A stretch of DNA of 64,000 nt, taken from NCBI GenBank assembly GCA_963816145.1, contig CAWFJP010000003.1:768001-832000 (forward strand), written 5' to 3'. How positions within the stretch are numbered: the stretch's first letter is position 1; every line of letters starts with the position of its first letter. This DNA comes from an uncultured delta proteobacterium. Its GTDB lineage: Bacteria; Desulfobacterota; Binatia; UBA9968. The notes beneath the pieces are model-generated. The model was not told the origin of the DNA and searched no databases. It saw only the letters and a list, made by a program, of their open reading frames with translations. The position numbers were made by a program, and so were the translations under genes. This document shows, piece after piece, positions 10,125 through 20,102 of the stretch.

Positions 10125-10269
10125 AAAACGGTACCCGAGATTTTTTTTGTCCAGTTCGATCATTGCATGATCAATCTAGAACCCGGAGCCGCTTCATAGC
10201 AGTTGACAGCGACTTGCTTTCAGTGGGATAAGCAAAGCATCTGACAGATCCAAGGGAGGACATCCAATT

Positions 10270-11934
10270 ATGGCTCATGATGTAGTCATTAAGAACGGCA
10301 ACGTCATCGACGGTAGCGGCAGTCCGGCTTTCCAAGCGGATGTTGCCATCGATGGCGACAAAATCACCGCCATCGGTAAAAATCTCGGCGGCGGCTCGAA
10401 GGAGATCGACGCCAAAGGGCATGTCGTCGCGCCCGGTTTCATCGATTCGCATACCCACATGGATGCGTTCGTCGTCCAGTACCCCAACGGCAACCCGGTA
10501 GTGAACTATGGCGTCACCAGCATCGTCATCGGCGACTGCGGCGCCTCCTGCGCGCCGGTGCCGCCCAAGCCCGAGCCGCGCAAAGTTTTGGTCGAATACC
10601 TGCGCCGCGTGCTCGACAAATATGTCGACGACAAAGATTGGCGCTGGAATACTTTCGGCGAATATTTGAACTATCTTGAAGGCAAGATCGCCATCAACTG
10701 TTTGCCGCTCATGCCCCACTCTCCAGTCCGGTTAACTGTCATGGGCGAAGCCGCCTACCAGCGCGCCGCCAATCCCGAAGAGCTAAACGCCATGAAGGCG
10801 ATGGTGCGCGAAGGCATGGAATTGGGCGCCATTGGCTTCTCCACCAGCCCGCGCGGCGGCCCGGCAATTCACGCCGGCACACCGAGCACCTTTGCCGAGC
10901 ATCAAGAGATCATCGAACTCGCCAATGTCGCCGCCGAGTACAAGGGCTGTTTTCAATTCAACGGCTTCCAGATGGTCCTGCAACCGGAGTCCGGCGTGCC
11001 GGAGATGCTGACCAAAATCAAAGCGCTGCAGATCGGCAACGAGTTCCGTGTCCGGCCCGGCGCCAAAGCCGCAGGCATGGAATCGATTAGATACATGGAA
11101 GAAGCGCAAAAGCGCGGCCAAGATATTTACGGCGTCGTCATTCCGTACCAGCATATTCGGCGATTTAACCTGGATGACTGCTTCCTATTCAACGGCCTGC
11201 CGACCTGGGAGGCGATTAAGAACTCCAATGATCTCAAAGCCAAGTTGAGCGACAAAGACACCCGCCGTAAGATCGAACAAGAGCGCATCGCCTGCCAAGG
11301 CAAGCTCGAGTTTCCCGAATGGCATGGCTGGGACCGCGTCGTGTTCGAGCATCTGGAAAAACCGGAACTCAAGAAACTCGAACAGAAGAACATGGCTGAA
11401 GTCGCCCGCCTCACCGAGAAACAACCGGTGGACGCCTTCTTTGACATCTGGATCGAGGACAACTTCAACTCGCAGATTCTCTATCACGGCCTCGCCAACG
11501 CGCATCCCGAACTGCTCGCCGAGATGATCAAGTCCGACACCAGCTTGATCGGCACCGACGTCGGCGCCCATCTCGACCGCTTCTTCTGGCATGGCGCGCC
11601 AACCAAGATCCTGGGCTACTGGCGCCGCGAGAAACATCTCATGAGCTTGGAAGCCGCCGTGCACAAACTTACAGGCTATCCGGCGAAAAAACTGCGCCTC
11701 AACCGGGGATTGGTGCGAGAAGGAATGCCGGCCGACGTGACGGTGTTCGACGCCGACAAGATCGACGATTTGGTCAGCAAAAAACTCCCCGACATGGTCG
11801 ACGCTCAGGAAGTGCAACGCCACCCGCCCGGAATGAAAGCCGTGCTGGTTAACGGCGCCACCGTCGTCGAAGACGGTCACTGCCTCGACGTTTTCCCCGG
11901 CAAAGTGCGCCGTCAGCAACTCTGCCTGAACTAA
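10270..11934 (+). CDS. N-acyl-D-amino-acid deacylase-like amidohydrolase
   Basis: DVVIKNGNVIDGSG, APGFIDSHTHMD, SLEAAVHKLTGYPA, RGLVREGMPADVTVFD, VLVNG. Confidence 0.85.
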   Translation: MAHDVVIKNGNVIDGSGSPAFQADVAIDGDKITAIGKNLGGGSKEIDAKGHVVAPGFIDSHTHMDAFVVQYPNGNPVVNYGVTSIVIGDCGASCAPVPPKPEPRKVLVEYLRRVLDKYVDDKDWRWNTFGEYLNYLEGKIAINCLPLMPHSPVRLTVMGEAAYQRAANPEELNAMKAMVREGMELGAIGFSTSPRGGPAIHAGTPSTFAEHQEIIELANVAAEYKGCFQFNGFQMVLQPESGVPEMLTKIKALQIGNEFRVRPGAKAAGMESIRYMEEAQKRGQDIYGVVIPYQHIRRFNLDDCFLFNGLPTWEAIKNSNDLKAKLSDKDTRRKIEQERIACQGKLEFPEWHGWDRVVFEHLEKPELKKLEQKNMAEVARLTEKQPVDAFFDIWIEDNFNSQILYHGLANAHPELLAEMIKSDTSLIGTDVGAHLDRFFWHGAPTKILGYWRREKHLMSLEAAVHKLTGYPAKKLRLNRGLVREGMPADVTVFDADKIDDLVSKKLPDMVDAQEVQRHPPGMKAVLVNGATVVEDGHCLDVFPGKVRRQQLCLN

Positions 11935-11957
11935 GACGTTTTACTGACCGTTTTCCC

Positions 11958-12006
11958 TTCCCTTCTCCTCACCCTCTCCCGTTCCGGGAGAGGGTTGGGG
12001 TAAGGG
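11958..12006. repeat. CCCTCTCCC...GGGAGAGGG palindromic (REP-like) element
   Basis: ccttctcctcaccctctcccgttccgggagagggttggggtaaggg; relatives at 29902-30073, 32469-32516, 38075-38125. Confidence 0.75.
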
Positions 12007-12042
12007 ATTTTTAATTTCATCTAAAGAAGGATTACGACAACC

Positions 12043-13041
12043 ATGAAAGCCTGTGCCATCGATGTTCATCACCACTATGTGCCGGAGAGTCTACTGGAAG
12101 AGGCGAAAAAACGCGGCCAACACCTGGGCGTCACCTTGACCGAGAAAGACGGCAATCGCTCGCTCTCCTTCGCCGGCGGACCGCCGTTTCTCCTGCATCC
12201 GGAATTGCCGGCCATCGATCAGCGGCTCAAGATGATGGAGGACTCCAGACTCGCCATGGCGGCCCTGGAAGCGCACACGGCGACTTTAGGATACCGGCTC
12301 ACCGGCGAGCAGGGCGAGAACTGGTGCAATGTCTACAATGACGGCATCGCCGAGTTGGTAAAAAAATATCCCGACCGTTTCGTCGGCATGGCCTCAGTGC
12401 CGCTGCAAGATCCGGCGCGTGCTGCGAAAGTGTTGGAGCGCGCGGTGCGCGATTTGAACTTTCGCGGCGGTTATATCGGCACCAACGTCAACGGCAATTA
12501 CTACAACAGCGACGAATTCGATCCGTTCTGGGCCAAAGCCCAGGATCTCGGCGTCATGGTGGTCATGCACCCCGAAGATGTCGCCGGTTCTGAAAAGATG
12601 AATCCCTTCGGGTTAAAATTAATCTGCGGCAACCCTGCCGACAGCGCGCTCTGCTTCGGCATGATGACGTACAGCGGTGTGTTCGACCGTTTCCCCAATC
12701 TCAAACTTTGCATCCTTCACGGCGGCGGCTTCTTCCCCTACCATCTCGGCCGCTTCGACCAAGGCTGGGCCGTCCGGGCCGGTCCCCGCGCCGCCAAGGC
12801 GAAGATGGCGCCGAGTTCCTATTTAAAAAATATTTACTACGACAACATGATCTACCGCCTCGACACGATCAAATACCTGATCGGACTCGGCGGCATCGAT
12901 CACATCATGGTCGGCACCGATTACCCTTACGATCTCGGCGACTGGGATGCGGCTAAGAAAGTCGAACAACTGGACATTCCAGAAGCCGACAAGATGCTGA
13001 TGCTGGAAGGCAACGCTAAACAGCTTCTACGGATCAAATAG
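12043..13041 (+). CDS. Amidohydrolase-2 family (ACMSD/decarboxylase-like) protein
   Basis: IDVHHH, RFVGMASVPLQDP, VMHP, GVFDRFPNLK..LHGGG, GTDYPY, GNAKQLL. Confidence 0.9.
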   Translation: MKACAIDVHHHYVPESLLEEAKKRGQHLGVTLTEKDGNRSLSFAGGPPFLLHPELPAIDQRLKMMEDSRLAMAALEAHTATLGYRLTGEQGENWCNVYNDGIAELVKKYPDRFVGMASVPLQDPARAAKVLERAVRDLNFRGGYIGTNVNGNYYNSDEFDPFWAKAQDLGVMVVMHPEDVAGSEKMNPFGLKLICGNPADSALCFGMMTYSGVFDRFPNLKLCILHGGGFFPYHLGRFDQGWAVRAGPRAAKAKMAPSSYLKNIYYDNMIYRLDTIKYLIGLGGIDHIMVGTDYPYDLGDWDAAKKVEQLDIPEADKMLMLEGNAKQLLRIK

Positions 13042-13101
13042 CGGCGTTCGCGACGCCGTTAACGCGTCGGTTTAATCAGTCCCCAAGACTGAATCATCGG
13101 C

Positions 13102-13378
13102 TCACCACGAAGTCACGAAGAGCACGAAGTTCGGAAAAATTGTCCGAACCCTTCGTGTCCTTCGTGCCTCCATAGAAAATACCTGTGCAGGTATGATCCG
13201 GGCGACGAATTGGTACGAGGTTTCCGTCATACCGGCGAAAGCCGGTATCCATCCCCTCCCGCCCCTGGATGCCGGCCTTCGCCGGCATGACGAGTGAAGG
13301 AAAGAACGATGTGGAGGGGGGTTCCTTGCAATTTCATCCTCAGTTGACGAGCGTAAGCTAATGAACACTTCGTGATGA
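13102..13378 (+). mobile_element. Composite nested palindromic miniature element, about 280 bp (copy 1)
   Basis: Outer CACGAAG/CTTCGTG arms and inner GTCATACCGGCGAAAGCCGGTATCCA...TGGATGCCGGCCTTCGCCGGCATGAC (13226-13291); homologous inverted copy at 33726-34008. Confidence 0.75.
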
Positions 13379-13385
13379 ACAAGCC

Positions 13386-14237
13386 TTAACGTGAAACTAG
13401 AGTACCGCGAAATTTGCTATCCACTCCCGACTTCCGCGCGAAACCTTCAATCACAGCGCCATCCACTATACCGGTGTATTGCATGCCGCCAGCGGCAAAC
13501 GCAATCTGATCGCCGCGCAGTCTCCCGGATACCGGCACGGTAGTGCCGCCGCTCGTCAAGGTCCCAGAAAAGCTTTGGTAGCTCTGCTTGATGACCAGCT
13601 CGCCTTGGAGTAGCTTCCACCGGCCGGAAACTTTAGCCGGCACGATCCACAAACGGCCGGAGCAGAATTTTTCACAGCCAGCCTCAGACGAGAAACTCTC
13701 ATCGGGATTCCAGTCGCCAATGGCGAAGGTGTTGGCGACTACACGGGCGCCCGGCTTGAGCGCGAGAAGTTTAGGCCGCAGGCGGATATTCATCTCCGGG
13801 GTCAGAAATAATACCACCACGGTCGCTTTCGAAAAATCCGCTGCGAATACATCGCCGCGCTCGAATGTCGCGCGGTCGCTGACCCGCTCTTTGGCCGCCA
13901 AGCTCTTCGACAACTCGACCAGCTCGCCATTGTACTCGATGCCATGGGCGCGCGCGCCGCGCTTGGCCGCCGCAATGACGTTGCGCCCGTCGCCGGAACC
14001 GAGATCGACCACGAAGTCCTGCGGCGTCACTGCGGCGACATCGAGCATTTTCTGCACCATCGCCTCGGGGTTACCGACCCAAACGACATCTTTACCGAGC
14101 TGCCCGGACTTGGGCTGGTAAATTTCACCCGCGTGGGCGAGCGAACCGGCCGCTAAGATCATGATGCATGCGCTGGCAAAGGCGCGAACTCGCCATCGTC
14201 GATCCTCAATCATCGATTTTGGATTTCCCGCGACCAA
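13386..14237 (-). CDS. Class I SAM-dependent methyltransferase-fold protein with signal peptide (start uncertain)
   Basis: VVDLGSGDGRNVIAAAKRGARAHGIEY; leader ending LAHA; paralog of the two upstream genes. Confidence 0.85.
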   Translation of the reverse strand: MVAGNPKSMIEDRRWRVRAFASACIMILAAGSLAHAGEIYQPKSGQLGKDVVWVGNPEAMVQKMLDVAAVTPQDFVVDLGSGDGRNVIAAAKRGARAHGIEYNGELVELSKSLAAKERVSDRATFERGDVFAADFSKATVVVLFLTPEMNIRLRPKLLALKPGARVVANTFAIGDWNPDESFSSEAGCEKFCSGRLWIVPAKVSGRWKLLQGELVIKQSYQSFSGTLTSGGTTVPVSGRLRGDQIAFAAGGMQYTGIVDGAVIEGFARKSGVDSKFRGTLVSR

Positions 14238-14238
14238 C

Positions 14239-15060
14239 CTACTTGGCTTGCGTTGCCGTCCAGGTACCGCCGGAACTCAGAGTCCCTTCCATGCTGTTGC
14301 CGCTGACCTGGCCGACATAAACCACGCCGGCGGCGTTGAACAGGATCTGATCGCCTTTGAGTTTGCCGTTGGCGATTGGCGTGACCTCGTTGCCGCTTTT
14401 CAGCGTGCCGGTAATGAACTGATAACTCTGCTGTAACGTTAATTCGCCCTGCGGCAACTTCCATGTGCCGTCGACCTTCGCCGGCACGATCCATAAGAGC
14501 GCTGTGCACCAGTTGATGCATTCGCTATCGAGAGTATCGCTGCCATCTTCGTGCCACTCGCCCATGGTGAACGTGTTCGACACGATGCGCGTGCCCGGTT
14601 TCAAGTCGAGGATTTTCGGCCGCAATTTGAGATTGATCTGCGGCAGGAGAAACATCGTGATCACCGAAGCCTTGGAAAAATCGCTCTCGAACAAATCTTC
14701 CTTGGCGAAGGTCGCCCGCTCGCTCACTCTGGCGGCAGCGGCGTTGCGCTTGGATAGCTCGACCATTTCCGGATTGTATTCGATGCCGTGGGCGCGGGCG
14801 CCGCGCTTGGCGGCCATGATGACCGTGCGGCCATCGCCGGAACCGAGATCGATCAGGTAATCGCTCGCCGTGACGTTGCCCAGGTTGAGCATCTTTTCGA
14901 CCAGCTCATCGGGTGTCGGCACCCACACCACATCTTTCCCCGGCTGACCGACGCGTGGTTCAAACCCGCGCGCAGGCTGAGCATGAGCCGGTGACGCTGC
15001 TAACGAAGCGGCGATAAGGAAAGCGAGCTGCCACGCCAAAATCATTTTTCTCACCCGCAT
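14239..15060 (-). CDS. Class I SAM-dependent methyltransferase-fold protein with signal peptide
   Basis: RBS AGGAG, MRVRKMILAWQLAFLIAASLAASPAHA, KDVVWVPTP, LIDLGSGDGR. Confidence 0.88.
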   Translation of the reverse strand: MRVRKMILAWQLAFLIAASLAASPAHAQPARGFEPRVGQPGKDVVWVPTPDELVEKMLNLGNVTASDYLIDLGSGDGRTVIMAAKRGARAHGIEYNPEMVELSKRNAAAARVSERATFAKEDLFESDFSKASVITMFLLPQINLKLRPKILDLKPGTRIVSNTFTMGEWHEDGSDTLDSECINWCTALLWIVPAKVDGTWKLPQGELTLQQSYQFITGTLKSGNEVTPIANGKLKGDQILFNAAGVVYVGQVSGNSMEGTLSSGGTWTATQAK

Positions 15061-15132
15061 GTTCGTCTCCTGGCTCAACCGCACGCAATCCCGAGAGCTG
15101 CAGACTCTATCAACTGGGAGTCCAATCTTACT

Positions 15133-15249
15133 CCGTCACCCCGGTGAAAACCGGGGTCCATCTCCATCTCCTTAACCTGGATACCGTTCTTCAACGGTAT
15201 GACGGACGCTGTCCGTCACCTGGATGCCGGTTTTCACCGGCATGACGGA
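15133..15249. repeat. GTCA...TGAC REP-like hairpin cluster (one left unit, two right units)
   Basis: ccgtcaccccggtgaaaaccggggtcca ... tggataccgttcttcaacggtatgacgg ... tggatgccggttttcaccggcatgacgg. Confidence 0.75.
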
Positions 15250-15310
15250 TTTACGTTGGCTCGCACGCGATGGAATCGACCGCCCTTTTGCGAGCTGTTT
15301 TTTTGCACGA

Positions 15311-16123
15311 CTATTTCCCCGCCCGCGTCGCCTTCCAATTGCTGCTCGACTTGGCCTGTCCTTCGATTGAATTACCGCTGACCCGGCCAGAGTATTCGAC
15401 CCCGCCGGCGCTAAACGTGATTTGGTCGCCGTTGAGTTTGCCGTTGGCGATCGCCGCGCTGCTATTGCCGGACTTCAGCGTACCGGACAGCATCTGATAG
15501 GTCTGTTTCAGCGTCAGCTCGCCCTGGGGCGTCTGCCATATGCCATCGACCTTGGCCGGCACGATCCACAGGTGAGCCGTGCAATATGAGACGCATCCCT
15601 CCTTGACGGTTGCGGTTTCGTCGGCGCTCCAATCGCCCATGGTGAACGAATTGGAAACGATGCGCGTCCCGGGCTTTAAATCGAGAATCTTCGGACGCAG
15701 GCGGATATTGATATCCGGCAACAAGAACATCGTGATCACTTGCGCCTGGGAGAAATCGCTCTCGAACAAATCGGCTTTCATAAAGCTCGCTTTGTCGCTG
15801 ACGCCTTCCTTGGCGGCGTTGCGTTTGGACAGCTCGACCATGTCGGGATTGTACTCGATGCCAAGCGCTTTGGCGCCGCGCTTGGCGGCCGTTATCACCG
15901 TGCGGCCGTCGCCGGAGCCAAGATCGATGACATAGTCGTTCGCCGTCACCTTGGCCATGTCGAGCATCTTGTCGACCAGCGCCTGCGGTGTCGGCACCCA
16001 GATGACGTCCTTACCCTCCTGGCCCACCTGCGGTTGGAATTCCTGCCCGGCTTGGCCGGCGGAGGAGCTGCTGGCAAGGCAGAATAGAATCGCGAAAGTG
16101 GCCCACATCGTCGTGCGTTTCAT
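15311..16123 (-). CDS. Class I SAM-dependent methyltransferase-fold protein with signal peptide
   Basis: MKRTTMWATFAILFCLASSSSA, KDVIWVPTP, VIDLGSGDGR; start 16123 or GTG 16129. Confidence 0.88.
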   Translation of the reverse strand: MKRTTMWATFAILFCLASSSSAGQAGQEFQPQVGQEGKDVIWVPTPQALVDKMLDMAKVTANDYVIDLGSGDGRTVITAAKRGAKALGIEYNPDMVELSKRNAAKEGVSDKASFMKADLFESDFSQAQVITMFLLPDINIRLRPKILDLKPGTRIVSNSFTMGDWSADETATVKEGCVSYCTAHLWIVPAKVDGIWQTPQGELTLKQTYQMLSGTLKSGNSSAAIANGKLNGDQITFSAGGVEYSGRVSGNSIEGQAKSSSNWKATRAGK

Positions 16124-16313
16124 TTGCACTCCTTAAATAAACAAATGGTTGTTTCAAACGTCTCACGGCGTAAACAAAATGTCCAGTAAAACGCCCTCTC
16201 GGAGCCGCGACATCGTTGGTTTGCTTCGCCATCTCCATCGATGATAAAAAATGACGCAACGCACGCGGCAGCGCGTCGTACCAAATCATTTCAACTGAAT
16301 AGGAGACCGTTTC

Positions 16314-17468
16314 ATGCGCCGCCGAGCCGACTACCCGACCTTTCCCGACGAAGAACTCAACCGGCGCCACCAGGCTTTCCACGGCTTAATGGAGCAGGAA
16401 GGGGTCGATGCTGCGCTCATTTACGGCAGCGGCCGCTATTCATCGGATATTTATTGGCTGAGCGATTGGCCGAGCAGTCGCGAAGCCTATCTGCTTATGC
16501 AAACCGGTAAAGACCCGGTGATCTTGATGCAATTGTTCAACCACTACCCGATGGCCCGGGTGATGTCGTGGATCAAGGATCTGCGTTGGGCCGGTGCCAA
16601 TACCACCAACAGCGTCGTCGATCTATTTGCCGAGCGTGGCTTGGAGTCGAGGAAGATCGGCCTGGTGGGCGCGATTTCCTATCAAGTCTACAACCGGCTG
16701 CGCGATAAATATCCCAACGCCAGTTTCGTCGATCTTGGCGGCAAACTGCGCATGATGCGGACGATCAAGAGCCCGGCCGAAATCGAACGTATTCATCTCG
16801 CCTCCAAGCTCACCGATCAATCGATCCAGGCGATGGCCGAAGGGCTACGCGAAGGCATGCGCGAAGACGAGATCCCCGCGCTCATCGAGCCGGTCTATCT
16901 CAAAGCCGGCGGCTACGCCGGCATTCACTTCATGAGCAGCATGCCCATGCGCAGCCCCGACTTCTGCGTGCCGTCGCAGTTTCATTCGAATCGAAAGCTG
17001 CAAAAGGGCGACGCCATTATCAGCGAGATTAGCGGAGCTTACTCGGGTTACAGCGGGCAGATCCACCGCACCTTCTCCATCGGCCAAGGTCCGACACCGG
17101 AGTGGCAGAAAATGCATGACGCGGCCATGGAGGCTTTCGATATTTTGTCGAAGGTCATCAAAGACGGCGCGACGACCACTGAAGCGGAAGAAGCCGCCGA
17201 GATCATCCACCAGCGCGGCTACAGCACCTACGACGATCTCGTCCACGGCGTCAATCAGTATCCGCCGATCTTCCAAACCAAAACGCGCAAGCGCCACGAC
17301 TCCCGCGAAATCACCTTTCGCGAAAACATGGTCATCGTCATCCAGCCCAATCTGATGACCTACGACGAGAAGATGGGCTTACAGTTCGGCGAGACTTTGG
17401 TAGTGAAGCGGAACGGCTGCGAGAGTTTGAATGCCTATCCGCGGCAGTGGGTGACCTGCCAAGGATGA
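16314..17468 (+). CDS. M24 (Xaa-Pro peptidase/creatinase) family protein
   Basis: N-terminal creatinase-like domain, RTIKSPAEIE, GY...IHRTF, HG, GETLVV; RBS AGGAG. Confidence 0.85.
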   Translation: MRRRADYPTFPDEELNRRHQAFHGLMEQEGVDAALIYGSGRYSSDIYWLSDWPSSREAYLLMQTGKDPVILMQLFNHYPMARVMSWIKDLRWAGANTTNSVVDLFAERGLESRKIGLVGAISYQVYNRLRDKYPNASFVDLGGKLRMMRTIKSPAEIERIHLASKLTDQSIQAMAEGLREGMREDEIPALIEPVYLKAGGYAGIHFMSSMPMRSPDFCVPSQFHSNRKLQKGDAIISEISGAYSGYSGQIHRTFSIGQGPTPEWQKMHDAAMEAFDILSKVIKDGATTTEAEEAAEIIHQRGYSTYDDLVHGVNQYPPIFQTKTRKRHDSREITFRENMVIVIQPNLMTYDEKMGLQFGETLVVKRNGCESLNAYPRQWVTCQG

Positions 17469-17599
17469 GATTACCGATATATTAGTCCGATTTCGGAATA
17501 GACCTTGCCAAGACATAGAGACCTTTGTTCATCCCATCCGACCTGGGAGACCTAATGGCAAGTCGTGTGTGCGAAGGCTGTCTTATGATTGCAACGGGC

Positions 17600-18607
17600 T
17601 TAATCCGGTGGAATATACCAGAGCATCGCATGAACGCCGCCGCTAGCCGAACAAGCATATCCACCGACATAGGTTGCAGCTCCCCCCACACGCCAGATAG
17701 AACTGGCGTAACTGCATGATGAGTATTGGGATGGCGGCAAAATGTTGTGAAGATCTGTAAATGTTCCGGTCGCAAGATCCCAGACGCCGGCGCGAGAATA
17801 CCCATTGGAATCGATTACGTATCCGGAGGCCCAGCCCTGACTGACTCCCGTGAGAATCGACTCGTTGTGCTGGGCGGGATGAAGGTCGGTAAAACTGCCA
17901 GTTGCGAGATCCCAAGCGGCTGCATGGTTAATCGGCGGCACAATTATACTCGCCAAACTCGCAACACCGACGGCCATATTGCCATGCAATCCGTAAATCG
18001 CCGACCCCCAATAAACTGCAGGGTGTCTGTCGACATATGAACTCGACGACCCGTTCCAGGTAGCGGCACGTCCATCGACAACTCCCGCCTGCGTCTTGGA
18101 ATACATGGCGTAGACACTGGAAGAATTATAACCCGATGGATGAATAATTTTTGCGCTACTAGTAACGCTTGACCAGTAGGCTGCTTTGGCTGCTCCGCCA
18201 ATTACAGTTTCGCCTCCGAAGGCGCTGTTCCACAAGGCCCTCGCAACGGAACCGGTTGCTTTCGCTGGAAGCTGAAGCGGCGTTGCGGTTTTTGGATTGC
18301 CGCTCCAAGCGGTAGCGACATTAAGAGTCTTATACGGGGCAGACCCAGCCTGATTAACACCATCGGTGGCGTAAATAAGTCCTGAATACGGCACCACCGA
18401 GCCAGGACTTCCTTGCCAGCGAGCTCCGATGTCAGACAGATATCCATCCGATGTCATACCCACTTGATCAGTGGCGGAAACTCCCCGTAAGTATGACCCC
18501 GCCAATGCCTTGGGGGGATTCAGATCCCTATAGTGCCATTGCGCATGGACCAAGGTTGCCGACAACAAAGAAGCAGCGACGAAGAGCCAACTCAGAAATC
18601 GATTCAT
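17600..18607 (-). CDS. Secreted beta-repeat (HAF-like/beta-propeller-like) hypothetical protein
   Basis: RBS GGAGG, signal peptide ending VHA; repeats HAAAWDLATGSFTDLHP / RAGVWDLATGTFTDLHN; lower GC than neighbours. Confidence 0.7.
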   Translation of the reverse strand: MNRFLSWLFVAASLLSATLVHAQWHYRDLNPPKALAGSYLRGVSATDQVGMTSDGYLSDIGARWQGSPGSVVPYSGLIYATDGVNQAGSAPYKTLNVATAWSGNPKTATPLQLPAKATGSVARALWNSAFGGETVIGGAAKAAYWSSVTSSAKIIHPSGYNSSSVYAMYSKTQAGVVDGRAATWNGSSSSYVDRHPAVYWGSAIYGLHGNMAVGVASLASIIVPPINHAAAWDLATGSFTDLHPAQHNESILTGVSQGWASGYVIDSNGYSRAGVWDLATGTFTDLHNILPPSQYSSCSYASSIWRVGGAATYVGGYACSASGGVHAMLWYIPPD

Positions 18608-18752
18608 AATTGACCTCCTCGGAGAGCAGGCGGATTGAATATGGAACATTTGTAGCAAAATCGGTTTTCAACCGTCAACAACAAATTTTCCGGCATCTCA
18701 ATCGACCTCCGTAAATCTATTACGAGTCATTATGCCCGCTCGTTGCCGGTCC

Positions 18753-19628
18753 TTACCCGGCCAGCGATATCACCACAGTCCCGGACACTACAGCGACCGC
18801 ACCGGCGACCGTGCGCCAGTTGAGCCGCTCGACGTCGCGGAGAAACAGCCAGGTTCCCAAGACGATCCACAGCGGGCTCGTCGCGACGATGGGCGAGACG
18901 ACAACGACATGCCCGACGCTCAGCGCGACGATCACCAGCAGAATTCCCAACGTCTCGAAAGTTCCGGCCAGGAGAAACGGTCCCAACGCACGCCGATCCC
19001 ATACCGGCTTTTGTTTTTGTCCGGGCAGCAACGTCGCGCTCGCCAACCAAGGCAACGCGACGATGCCAATCACTGCGGCGAGATAGAGCGGCTCGTTGGC
19101 GAGACCGAGCGTGTAGCGGCGCAGCGGATGGCTGACACCGGCGAGCACGGCGGCCCCCAACGGATAAGCCAGATGCCACCAGCGAAACGATGGCGCCCGG
19201 TTATCGCTCTGCCAAGAGATCAGCGTTACGCCGGCGACGATGAGAATAGTTCCGGCGATCACCGGCAGATTGAGCGGCTCGCCAAGAAATAAGATCGCCA
19301 GCGACGTGCTGAACAGCGGATGGGAACCGCGCAAAGTCATTCCCGCCGCCGCGCCGACGAGATGAATGCCGGCGTAGGTGAGAAACCGCAGCACCGGCTG
19401 CAGCAAACCGCTCAGGAAAAACAAGAACAGCACCCACCAAGAAACTTCGGGAACGCCGCGAAAAATCAGCAATGCAATCCACAACGCCACGGCATGAATC
19501 GCCACCGAAACCAGCGTGACAGTGATCGGCGTCGAGTAACGCAACCCACGCTTGGCTGCGATCCCAGAAATTGCGTATGACAGCGCGGCGCAGAGTGCGA
19601 TCAATTGCGGCGGGATGTCGGGCAGCAT
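18753..19628 (-). CDS. DMT/EamA family transporter
   Basis: About 10 TM helices, PLFSTSLAILFLGE, VVSPIVATSPL...FLRDVE. Confidence 0.9.
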   Translation of the reverse strand: MLPDIPPQLIALCAALSYAISGIAAKRGLRYSTPITVTLVSVAIHAVALWIALLIFRGVPEVSWWVLFLFFLSGLLQPVLRFLTYAGIHLVGAAAGMTLRGSHPLFSTSLAILFLGEPLNLPVIAGTILIVAGVTLISWQSDNRAPSFRWWHLAYPLGAAVLAGVSHPLRRYTLGLANEPLYLAAVIGIVALPWLASATLLPGQKQKPVWDRRALGPFLLAGTFETLGILLVIVALSVGHVVVVSPIVATSPLWIVLGTWLFLRDVERLNWRTVAGAVAVVSGTVVISLAG

Positions 19629-19764
19629 CGCGATGATTGGGTCGAGAGATGGAACGATATTTTTGTGACGCGCACCCGTCGGTTATATCTGAACCGCAGC
19701 GATATGCCACATGAGTTGTTGGGTTAAGCTAAGCTGCGCGAAAACAAACCACGGGGCTCCATCG

Positions 19765-19947
19765 GTCATACCGGCGTAGGCCGGTATCCATCTTCGCCTA
19801 GAGGCTGTGTCGCAACTGTCATTTCGAGGTGAAGCCGAGAAATCTTTTTTTCGTATGTGGCTGAAAACACGAGATCCCTCGCTGCGCTCGGGATGACAGA
19901 TGTGGGGCATTTGCGCATTACGACACAGCCTCCTGCGCCGGAATGAC
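19765..19947. mobile_element. Three-layer nested element: REP host containing a 132-bp TIR element (19801-19932) that itself contains a REP doublet
   Basis: TIRs GAGGCTGTGTCGCAA / TTACGACACAGCCTC; near-identical 132-bp copy at 29924-30055. Confidence 0.8.
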
Positions 19948-20027
19948 AAAAAGATAGGCCAGCATCGAAAGGAGAAATTCCAAACTTAAAGAATTGAGTT
20001 CCGACACGCCAAATTTCGCCAACTGCG

Positions 20028-20057
20028 TTGACAGACTTCGACTCACTCAGATAGGTT
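20028..20057 (+). promoter_or_regulatory. Possible sigma70 promoter for the MFS gene
   Basis: TTGACA-18 nt-TAGGTT. Confidence 0.35.
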
Positions 20058-20102
20058 GAAACCCATTCGCCCTACCGCAACTCTCACGACCCCCATGCAC
20101 CG

